This document shows positions 56,061 to 64,000 of a DNA stretch of 64,000 nt, piece by piece. This stretch comes from a virus: IMG/VR virus record IMGVR_UViG_3300042934_000631, positions 4,412 to 68,411 of that record; one strand, written 5' to 3'. Numbering within the stretch: position 1 is the stretch's first letter; each line of letters begins with the position of its first letter. A program made the position numbers and the translations under genes. Under the pieces are notes generated by a model. It was not told where the DNA came from. It did no database searches and was given only the letters and a program-made list of their open reading frames with translations.

Positions 56061-57929
56061 ATGGCTTTCGATTTAGTTGCGCGTTTACGTTTAATCGATA
56101 ATATGACGGCGCCAGCTCGACGTGCAATGTCGTCTATGGCGTCAATGGCGACGAAAATTAGCGGAGTTTCTGCGGCAGTCGGCGTGCTTACGTCCGGACT
56201 CGGATCGGCTGCTATCGCGACGAAATCGCTAAGCAAAGCGCTCGATTTCGAAGCGCAGATGTCGACGATTAAGGCGCTGACTGGCGCTACGAGTACGCAG
56301 ATGAAACAGATGGAAGACCTCGCGCTAACGATGGGGTCGAAAACGAAGTACTCGGCGTTACAGGCTGCGCAAGGTATCGAAGAGTTATTGAAAGCGGGCA
56401 TATCGCCGGCAGCCGTTCAGTCCGGCGCATTAGAAGCAGCGCTTAACCTCGCAACGGCGGGCGGACTTGAACTTGCGAGCGCGGCCGAGATTATGTCGAC
56501 GGCACTTAACGCGTACAAAAAAGACGGACTAACAGCGGCCGAAGCATCGAATATCCTCGCGGGGACGGCGAACGCATCCGCAACGGGAGTCGAGGATTTA
56601 CGCATGTCACTATCGGCAGTCTCCGCTGTTGCGGCCGGCTTCGGTATGACGTTCAAAGATACGAACGCTGCGATGGGATTATTTGCCAACAACGGATTCA
56701 AGGGTTCTGACGCGGGGACATCGCTAAAAACGATGCTCCAAAATCTGCAGCCGGGGACTAAGGAACAAATCGCGTTATTTAATAAGCTTGGCATCACAAC
56801 GAACGGAACCGCTAATAAATTCTTCGATGCGTCCGGTAAGATTCAGGACCTCGCAAATGTAGCGAATACGTTGCGGAAAGCGCTCGGCGGAATGAACAAT
56901 ATGCAACGTCAGGCTGCGTTAGAAGCGATGTTCGGAACGGACGCAATCCGTGCTGCGAATATCCTCTACGAAGAAGGTGCGGACGGAGTTAAAAAGTTTT
57001 ACGACGAAATGGGCAACGTAACCGCGCTCCAGGTTGCGACGGAGAAGATGAACAACGGTAAGGGCGCGATTGAACAATTTAAAGGCGCCGTCGAAACGTT
57101 GCAAATCCGCGCGTTCAAGCCGTTACTGCCTGCGGTCAAGCAGACGTTCAATGCGCTCGGCGATTACGTCACGAATAAGACTCCGCAGATTACAGCGGCT
57201 ATGCAGCGCATGGTTGACGGTGCCAAACGTTATCTAAACGAACACTTTATCAACAATCCGGAGTTTAAATCGCTTCCCGACACGAAGAGTAAGATTACGT
57301 TCATTTTCGATGATCTGTTAGCTGCGTTTAACCGTTGGTATCAACAAACCGGAGCTGGGATGGTTAATACCGCGACTGCTACGCTTGTAGATAACCTTGC
57401 GCGAGTACTTAGTGACAACGCAGGCAAGCTTGCGGATCCTGCGATTAAGTTAGGCGCCACTATCGCATCGGGAATCGCGTCCGGCTTACGTGATAGCCTC
57501 GCAAATCATCCAATTCTTGGCGGTATGGTTGCGGGAGCTGCAGCGCCTGTTCCCTTGCCGATGAAAGCGACGGTCGGCGCCGGCACGTTAGTAACCGGGA
57601 ATATGATGAAATCGTTCGACAATTACAAGAAAATGTTCACTTCGGGTGAGATCGAAGGACTTTCGGACCTTAAGGCCGTATTCGGATTCCCTGACGGCAG
57701 CCACCGTTCTGGACTTTCTAACGTACCGTTTGACGGATATAGAGCGGAGTTACACCGTGGAGAACGCGTCCTCACCGCATCTGAAAACGATAGCTACTCG
57801 CGCGGAAATGGCGGTGGCATAATGGTTACCGGAAATACGTTCCATGTGCGCCAGGAGTCCGACATCCAAGCGATCGCAGCGGAATTAGCGCGTGAGATAC
57901 GTGCGGCAAGGGAGGCGGGCGTACGATGA
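56061..57929 (+). CDS. Tape measure protein (TP901-family core)
   Basis: DFEAQMS; TKYSALQAAQG; KGSDAGTSLKTM; ELHRGERVL. Confidence 0.92.
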   Translation: MAFDLVARLRLIDNMTAPARRAMSSMASMATKISGVSAAVGVLTSGLGSAAIATKSLSKALDFEAQMSTIKALTGATSTQMKQMEDLALTMGSKTKYSALQAAQGIEELLKAGISPAAVQSGALEAALNLATAGGLELASAAEIMSTALNAYKKDGLTAAEASNILAGTANASATGVEDLRMSLSAVSAVAAGFGMTFKDTNAAMGLFANNGFKGSDAGTSLKTMLQNLQPGTKEQIALFNKLGITTNGTANKFFDASGKIQDLANVANTLRKALGGMNNMQRQAALEAMFGTDAIRAANILYEEGADGVKKFYDEMGNVTALQVATEKMNNGKGAIEQFKGAVETLQIRAFKPLLPAVKQTFNALGDYVTNKTPQITAAMQRMVDGAKRYLNEHFINNPEFKSLPDTKSKITFIFDDLLAAFNRWYQQTGAGMVNTATATLVDNLARVLSDNAGKLADPAIKLGATIASGIASGLRDSLANHPILGGMVAGAAAPVPLPMKATVGAGTLVTGNMMKSFDNYKKMFTSGEIEGLSDLKAVFGFPDGSHRSGLSNVPFDGYRAELHRGERVLTASENDSYSRGNGGGIMVTGNTFHVRQESDIQAIAAELAREIRAAREAGVR

Positions 57930-58603
57930 CGAACGATATGCAATTTTGGCTTTCGTACAACAACGGCGAAGAACGCCTCCGCCTTCCGGTGAATCCCGAA
58001 TCCGTCCGCATCTCTAAATCGCACGGATACGACGATGTTCTAACGACGCAGCTCGGCGAGGTAACGGTTATCGGATCGGACAGATTGCGCGAGGTATCGT
58101 TCTCATCGTTCTTTCCGCGCGACTATAACGAGTCCTTCTGCGAATACGCGGATATTCCGGAGCCACACGAAGCAGTCGCGATGATTGAACGGTGGATCGA
58201 AACGCGCCGGCCTATCCGGTTGACGATCACGAATTCCGTTAATATTCCAGTTACCGTGCGCTCATTCACGTATGAAGAACGCGCCGGCCACGTTGGCGAC
58301 ATCTTCTTCGACCTCGCGCTCAAAGAATACCGTTTTACGGAGTTAAATAAGCTCACGGAAAAGAGCGTCGATGGATCACTAACTGCGGTCGCATACGTGG
58401 CGGGCGAACCTATGCGCGAAGGGACTGCCGTTCCTTTATCCGCTGAATACACGGTAAAATCCGGCGACAGCCTTTCAAAGATTGCGCATAGCATGTACGC
58501 AAACGTCGATAAGTGGCGCGCTATTTACGATGCGAATAAGGCGACGATCGGCGCGAATCCGAATCAAATTAAGCCGGGACAGGTGCTGAAAATGCCGTCA
58601 TGA
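57926..58603 (+). CDS. XkdP-like LysM baseplate protein
   Basis: RLPVNP; SSFFP; C-terminal LysM YTVKSGDSL. Confidence 0.88.
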   Translation: MTNDMQFWLSYNNGEERLRLPVNPESVRISKSHGYDDVLTTQLGEVTVIGSDRLREVSFSSFFPRDYNESFCEYADIPEPHEAVAMIERWIETRRPIRLTITNSVNIPVTVRSFTYEERAGHVGDIFFDLALKEYRFTELNKLTEKSVDGSLTAVAYVAGEPMREGTAVPLSAEYTVKSGDSLSKIAHSMYANVDKWRAIYDANKATIGANPNQIKPGQVLKMPS

Positions 58604-59646
58604 CAATTTCGGTTATCTACGGTGACACGGTAATTGATCCGCTAGTCACATCCGTCATATGGTCCGGAGATATTACTCAAGCATACCGCAGGCTCGAAGT
58701 TACGCTTAAAAACACGCAGGACGGACGCAGCCAGGCGATAACGTTCGAAGTCGGCGGCCAAATTACGCTGCTCTCGGATAACGCCGAGCTATTCCGCGGA
58801 GTAGTGTTCGCGTATAACATCAACGCGCAAGGAGTAACGCAGATCACCGCATATGATGAGGCCGTCTACTTAACGAAATCAATTGATACGCGAAAGTTTA
58901 CCGGAATGACAGCATCGTCAATCTTACGTGAGATATGCGCAGATTTCGATATTGCGATCGGTTCAGTCGCGGATACTGGCTATGTTATTCCGAAGCTAAT
59001 TCTCCGCGATATGTCGTTGTGGGATATGGTTACGACTGCGCTAACGGAGACGCGTAAGCAAAAGGGTACGCGCTTCCTCGTGCAGTCATCCGGCGGCAAA
59101 GTCAACTTAGTCGCGCGAGGTGAGAAGATCGTTAGCTTCGTACTCGACGACACAACGAATATTCTTGACGCAAACTACGCGCAATCTATCGAAGATATGC
59201 GCAATCAGGTTAAGGTGCTCGGCGGTGACGAAGAAAAGAATCCGATGGAGCTTACGGTTAAAGACGATGCCAATGCGGAGAAATTCGGCGTCATGCAGCA
59301 TTTGGAGCGCGCAGATTCAACGCTAACGCGGTCGCAACTCGAACAATTAGCGCAGACGCTACTCGCTGAAATGGCGACGATTAACGATGACGCCACGGTT
59401 ACAGCGCTCGGCGATACGAGTGTGACGGCGGGCTCAGCGGTCTATGTTCGCGAGTCCTTAACGGGAATTGTCGGTGCGTTTTACGTTGCGACGGATTCTC
59501 ACGTGTGGGACGGAGATTCGTATAGCATGACGTTAACGATATCGGGCGACGAGGGTCTTCCGCGATTAGAGTATACGCCACCGCCGGTCCCAGCTGCGGA
59601 GAAAGCGTATAAATTTACCGGAGCGCTCGCGTTCTTAAACGAATAG
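58600..59646 (+). CDS. XkdQ-like baseplate hub
   Basis: WSGD; LFRG; TAYD; synteny. Confidence 0.8.
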   Translation: MTISVIYGDTVIDPLVTSVIWSGDITQAYRRLEVTLKNTQDGRSQAITFEVGGQITLLSDNAELFRGVVFAYNINAQGVTQITAYDEAVYLTKSIDTRKFTGMTASSILREICADFDIAIGSVADTGYVIPKLILRDMSLWDMVTTALTETRKQKGTRFLVQSSGGKVNLVARGEKIVSFVLDDTTNILDANYAQSIEDMRNQVKVLGGDEEKNPMELTVKDDANAEKFGVMQHLERADSTLTRSQLEQLAQTLLAEMATINDDATVTALGDTSVTAGSAVYVRESLTGIVGAFYVATDSHVWDGDSYSMTLTISGDEGLPRLEYTPPPVPAAEKAYKFTGALAFLNE

Positions 59647-59658
59647 GAAGGTGAACGG

Positions 59659-59997
59659 ATGGGCAACGAGATTTTGCAAGGAACGGGCGCGAGTCGCTTA
59701 GCGCAAGAGATCAGCGTTATGGGCTACAACGAATACGACCGCTTTGAACTCGCAACCATCACGTCGGCGTTTCCGTCCATTCGCGTTAAAGTAGACGGAA
59801 TGAAGATCGAACTTGACGCTTCCGACGTCATCATCGCGGAGAGATTAACGGAGCATACACGCCAGGTTACGATTAATGGCGGCACACTTTCGACGATGGT
59901 CGTTAAGTCTCCGCTCAACGTTGGCGATCGCGTAATCGTTGCGTCAGCCAGTAACGGTCAAACTTACGTCATACTCGATAAGGCGGTGATTTTATAA
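59659..59997 (+). CDS. XkdR/DUF2577-like spike protein
   Basis: LNVGDRV...GQTYVILDK. Confidence 0.8.
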   Translation: MGNEILQGTGASRLAQEISVMGYNEYDRFELATITSAFPSIRVKVDGMKIELDASDVIIAERLTEHTRQVTINGGTLSTMVVKSPLNVGDRVIVASASNGQTYVILDKAVIL

Positions 59998-60410
59998 TGG
60001 CGCTAAGTCCGCTTAAAAGTCCGGAAACGCGCGCGGTCGAAGTCACGCAGGTTATCGGACCATCAAAAACGTACGCGATCGATTTCGACGGTGGCGAAGT
60101 CAGTGACGCGAAAATAGACGGAGTCGAGGCGGTCCGCCAATTCGTCCGCAAAGCGATTCTGACCGCGCGCTACCGTTTTCAAATTTATTCCAATCAATAT
60201 GGATGTGAGATCGACGATCTTATCGGCCAAGACGTCACTCAGGCGCTCCTTAACGTAGAGATACCGCGTGTTATTACGGAGGCGCTCATATATGACGCGC
60301 GCATTAGAGCCGTCCGAGATTTCGAAATCACTCGTTCCGGTGACGGATTATATATTTCATTTACGGTCGATTCGATTTACGGTTCGGCTACGCAGGAGGT
60401 GACGTTATAG
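59997..60410 (+). CDS. XkdS/DUF2634-like baseplate wedge protein
   Basis: KAILTARY..YS..YG.E; ITEALIYD.RI; V.SIYG. Confidence 0.85.
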   Translation: MALSPLKSPETRAVEVTQVIGPSKTYAIDFDGGEVSDAKIDGVEAVRQFVRKAILTARYRFQIYSNQYGCEIDDLIGQDVTQALLNVEIPRVITEALIYDARIRAVRDFEITRSGDGLYISFTVDSIYGSATQEVTL

Positions 60411-61463
60411 ATGTTTGAAGATCAAACGAAGGCGACCATTCAGCAGCGTATGCTCGACGCGAGCGACCAAACGATGGATTTGCGCGAAGGATCGGTCACA
60501 TTCGACATGGTCGCGAAGTCAGCGATTGAGCTTTCGAAGGCTTACGTTGAAATGGATAACGTGCTCAAATTCGGATTCGCCGATACAACGTACGGACCAT
60601 ATCTCGACTTTCGCGCTAATGAACGCGGCCTCACACGGAAGGCGGCGGTCAAGGCGGAGGGCTCCGTTACAATTACAGGCACGAACGGCACGGTCATCGC
60701 AGTCGGCACGATGCTCTCAACCGGAGGGAACGCGCCAGTCCTATTCGTAACAACGGCTGCCGGCACTATTGCGAGTGGCACCGTTACAATCGCAGCCGAA
60801 GCGCAAACTGGCGGAACAGCGGGCAACGTGGCGGCTGGTGCGATTACGCTTGTACTCGGCAACTTGGCGGGTGTCGCATCGGTTACAAACGCGGCATCAT
60901 TTGATGGCGGTACCAACACGGAAACTGACGCGGAATTGCTCGCGCGATATCTCGAAGACGTCCGCAAGCCAGTAACGAGCGGCAATGCGAATCAATACCG
61001 CAAGTGGGCGCTAGAAGTTGCGGGCATATCTGACGCGAAAGTATATCCGATATGGAGCGGACCCGGTACAGTTAAAGTCGTGCTCCTTGATACGGATAAG
61101 ACGGCGCCGGCGCCCGCTGTGGTAACGGAAGTGACATCGCATATTGCGGAGGTACATCCGATTGGTGCGACGGTGACGGTGGTCGGCGCAACGGAAGTCG
61201 CGATTAACGTTTCCGCAACGTTGACGCTTGCGGCGGGGGCTACGCTAGTCCAAGCGCAGGCACAGATAACGGCCGGATTAAGTACGTATCTGAAATCGCT
61301 CGCGTTCACAGATCCGATCGTGCGGTACACGAAAGTGGCGAACGTTATCGGCGATTGCGCTGCGGTGGCGGATTACGCGTCGCTTACGGTGAATAGTGGG
61401 ACGGCGAATATAACGATTGCGGACGGGAGTGTAGCGGTGGCTGGAACCGTAAGTGTAACGTAA
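60411..61463 (+). CDS. Baseplate J-like protein (XkdT)
   Basis: REGS; GG.N.ETD.EL; SGNANQY..WA; GPGTVKV. Confidence 0.9.
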   Translation: MFEDQTKATIQQRMLDASDQTMDLREGSVTFDMVAKSAIELSKAYVEMDNVLKFGFADTTYGPYLDFRANERGLTRKAAVKAEGSVTITGTNGTVIAVGTMLSTGGNAPVLFVTTAAGTIASGTVTIAAEAQTGGTAGNVAAGAITLVLGNLAGVASVTNAASFDGGTNTETDAELLARYLEDVRKPVTSGNANQYRKWALEVAGISDAKVYPIWSGPGTVKVVLLDTDKTAPAPAVVTEVTSHIAEVHPIGATVTVVGATEVAINVSATLTLAAGATLVQAQAQITAGLSTYLKSLAFTDPIVRYTKVANVIGDCAAVADYASLTVNSGTANITIADGSVAVAGTVSVT

Positions 61464-61489
61464 TAACGAAAGAGGAGCGGATATAGACG

Positions 61490-61750
61490 ATGGCATACAA
61501 TAAAAAAGAGCTAGTCACGGACGCGGATAAAAAGCCTGTACCGCAATATTATAACGAGACTGCGGACGCTTACGAAGTCGCGAAGGGCTCGGATGGCGCG
61601 CTTCATATGAAACTAACGGGCAGTTATGCGATATTAAAAGGAGAGGCAAAACCTGCGGGTGCACAGAACAATACGCTCCTTGAATATGACACGGAAACAG
61701 GCGAGACAACAGTGTATAAATACATCAGTGGCGCTTGGAGGGAGTTGTAA
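61490..61750 (+). CDS. Small tail-associated protein
   Basis: PVPQYYN motif; coupled to the next gene. Confidence 0.55.
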   Translation: MAYNKKELVTDADKKPVPQYYNETADAYEVAKGSDGALHMKLTGSYAILKGEAKPAGAQNNTLLEYDTETGETTVYKYISGAWREL

Positions 61751-63222
61751 TGTCATTAGATGAAATAGCATACCTCAAAGCGAAAACAGCGCACCAGCTT
61801 GCCGAACAAGCTACCGTGCAATTGGCAGATATTGCAGTGAACATAAATGCACATAAGCTTGCACCAGAAGCTGATTGGACTCCTGCAATTAGGCGTGCAA
61901 TCACCGCTACTCCTAAAGGAGGTACATTGCTAATCCCTCCAAATCCAGCAGGGTATTATGTTAAAAGTCAGACTGAAAATTTCCTTTTTAAATTGGAAAA
62001 GCCAATTCGAATAGTCGGTTATGGAATAACTTCATTACTCCTTTTAGATGAAACCATCCCGAATGATACGGATATTTTTCTTTTAAGTCCTTCTTCTTTG
62101 AGTAACATAGAAGGCTATTCCATCGAAGGGATAACAATCATAGGAAGAGATGGAAGTGTGCCCGCTAGGCACGCCATACATCTTGATACAACGCTTGAAC
62201 ATCAAAAATTAGCCAGGTGTAAATTCGAAAGGAACTTCATTTACCACACAGGCGGGTGGAGTATATACTTAACCAATCCGACTAATACGGATGGATTCTT
62301 TACATCTCAGATTCAGAAGAACCTTATTTTTTCTGGGATCAATCTCCAACGTGGCGGAGATAGTCTGACAATTACGGAAAATACGATAGCCGGAAATAAT
62401 GGAGTTGATGTATCTCTAGTTAACGGCTCGAATACGCTAGTGTTTGCATTCAATAACTTCACAGCAAGAAAAGGAATAATCATTCGCGGCGGGCACAACA
62501 TCAAGATTCTGTACAACAATTTAGAGGTGGGCTACTCCGATTCGGTATACCCGAATAACGCTCTGTTAGACATTGATGGCTCTGATGTTTCTTTTGATTG
62601 GGGATTGTTGGCCGTAGAAGTCTTAGGGAACAACTTAACTTATCGTTCAACGGCTCCTGATGGGGTGAACGGTATTAGGATCAATAAGGCAAGGGGCGCA
62701 TTAATTGAAGGAAACCACATTACTAATAAAAACTCTACGATGATTGTTATAACAAGTTCGGCACAGGAAACGAGACTCGGTTACAACCTTTACTCTAGCG
62801 TTGACCCGAGCGGCATTATCACTGATGCTGGCAGAAACACAATCAGAGAGGTTGTTCACAGAAGTAATCCGTTTACAGGAAACAAAGAGGTTTATGAAAT
62901 CGATGCAAGCGTAGCTCGTTGGAAAGTTAATACGGTTTGGGATTTAATGAATGTTTATAATTCTGAAGCTATTACGACAAATGATGTGCTGACATTCAAT
63001 CACATTTGGAATGTCGCTAACAACTTTAACTCGAAATATAAATTTCAAACCCAACAAAGAAATGCGGACGGAACTTTAGCGACAGCAAAGCCTTACGCAT
63101 ATTTAGGCGACGGTTTACAGTATTTCGTCAAGGACGGTTTCGCCTTGACTGCACCTGATGGTTTTAGATGGAGAGTAAACGTGAATAATGACGGAACCAT
63201 ATCGACAACCAAAATGATTTAA
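61750..63222 (+). CDS. Tailspike / right-handed beta-helix depolymerase-like protein
   Basis: DWTPAIRRAI...GGTLLIP pectate-lyase-3-like start; repeated IxxN rungs; lower GC. Confidence 0.7.
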   Translation: MSLDEIAYLKAKTAHQLAEQATVQLADIAVNINAHKLAPEADWTPAIRRAITATPKGGTLLIPPNPAGYYVKSQTENFLFKLEKPIRIVGYGITSLLLLDETIPNDTDIFLLSPSSLSNIEGYSIEGITIIGRDGSVPARHAIHLDTTLEHQKLARCKFERNFIYHTGGWSIYLTNPTNTDGFFTSQIQKNLIFSGINLQRGGDSLTITENTIAGNNGVDVSLVNGSNTLVFAFNNFTARKGIIIRGGHNIKILYNNLEVGYSDSVYPNNALLDIDGSDVSFDWGLLAVEVLGNNLTYRSTAPDGVNGIRINKARGALIEGNHITNKNSTMIVITSSAQETRLGYNLYSSVDPSGIITDAGRNTIREVVHRSNPFTGNKEVYEIDASVARWKVNTVWDLMNVYNSEAITTNDVLTFNHIWNVANNFNSKYKFQTQQRNADGTLATAKPYAYLGDGLQYFVKDGFALTAPDGFRWRVNVNNDGTISTTKMI

Positions 63223-63272
63223 CACACACAACGATCCCTTAGTTGATTGTGACAGTAAAAAAGGACACAGAA

Positions 63273-64000
63273 CTAAGTTACTGTTCTGTATCCTTTAATT
63301 TTCTTTAAATCTGGTTGTTTCATTGTTAAAAACACATTCAAACCAATTGGTAACAGGAGATACAATTCTTTAGGGCTCGTTAAATCTCCGCTCACCATTG
63401 AATTTATAAGGCTTATTAAGAAAATTCCCAAAAGCATGTCACCGTAAAATCCTTGTGCTGAGAGTTTCTTTAAACCGATGAAGGACAACACGATCATTAT
63501 TACAAAAAATGATCCTGAGAGCCATCCTAATTCAGCGAAAGCTTCTAAAATAAGGTTGTGGGGATAATCGAAGAATGAATAATTACCAAACTTACCCACC
63601 CCTACACCGATCGGATGGTCAGATATCGCGCGTAAGGCATCCGTATAAAGGAGAATTCTAGCAGATGTCGCGTTATCAGAGAAAATATCGAACAAACGCT
63701 TTATAGATGAATTATCTGAGGTGAAGAAAATGAAATAACACACAGGCATTGATATCCACAAAAGAAGGTACATGCTAAGTATATTTGTTTTTTTAGATAT
63801 GAATGTTTTGATCTTACCGAAAAATATAACAATAAATGCAATGACTAATGAAATTATGGGGCCCTTCGAACCGGTTGATGCCATTACAAACAAGGCAGGC
63901 GATAAAAGCACAATAAATTTCAAAAACTTAATCTTGTTATGTACGAGCATCAGTAACAACCAAAGAGCAGCAATTGAAATGGCTCTACCTAACCAAATGG
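63273..64000 (-). CDS. O-antigen ligase/Wzy polymerase-family membrane protein (5' end outside the window)
   Basis: STGSKG; SAR..LY; HPIGVGVG; YPHNLILE..ELG; low GC. Confidence 0.8.
   Translation of the reverse strand, partial: IWLGRAISIAALWLLLMLVHNKIKFLKFIVLLSPALFVMASTGSKGPIISLVIAFIVIFFGKIKTFISKKTNILSMYLLLWISMPVCYFIFFTSDNSSIKRLFDIFSDNATSARILLYTDALRAISDHPIGVGVGKFGNYSFFDYPHNLILEAFAELGWLSGSFFVIMIVLSFIGLKKLSAQGFYGDMLLGIFLISLINSMVSGDLTSPKELYLLLPIGLNVFLTMKQPDLKKIKGYRTVT

Noticed and set aside
1-64000. tRNA, rRNA, integrase or IS transposase genes
   Set aside because: None recognised by eye; a tRNAscan-SE and HMM run would be needed to exclude them fully

Overview
This window holds most of the genome of a temperate, contractile-tailed (PBSX/Xkd-type) phage of a spore-forming Bacillota host. 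Paenibacillus-like is inferred from the protein families and overall base composition. It runs from the 3' end of the endolysin, through accessory, partition/replicon, replication and nucleotide-metabolism modules, packaging, head and tail, to a tailspike/Wzy cassette. No integrase is visible. A ParA plus adaptor with centromere-like hexamer arrays, two perfect DnaA boxes and an HTH initiator point to a plasmid-prophage (phage-plasmid). The most notable system is a non-canonical Agr-like peptide-signalling cassette at 17331-19036. It consists of a kinase-less multi-TM sensor-like gene, AgrB with an intact H-x6-C dyad, an AgrD-like propeptide and a receiver-less LytTR protein, next to an Xre regulator and a phage sigma-like factor. 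Two more unannotated copies of the propeptide lie elsewhere: one right after the endolysin (346-462) and one right after the SSB-like gene (22250-22366). All three lack Cys and share an invariant KGGIGEI core. Other notable points: RBS-supported near-cognate start codons (ATC/ATA/CTG) on key genes, a PolA split inside its TGRxSS...NxQN motif, two fixed-spacing phage promoter motifs, a SigK-like promoter ahead of an actin/pilin-like/M23/VirB4-like operon, and a structured RNA leader. All calls come from reading the sequence by eye; no database searches or folding programs were run.
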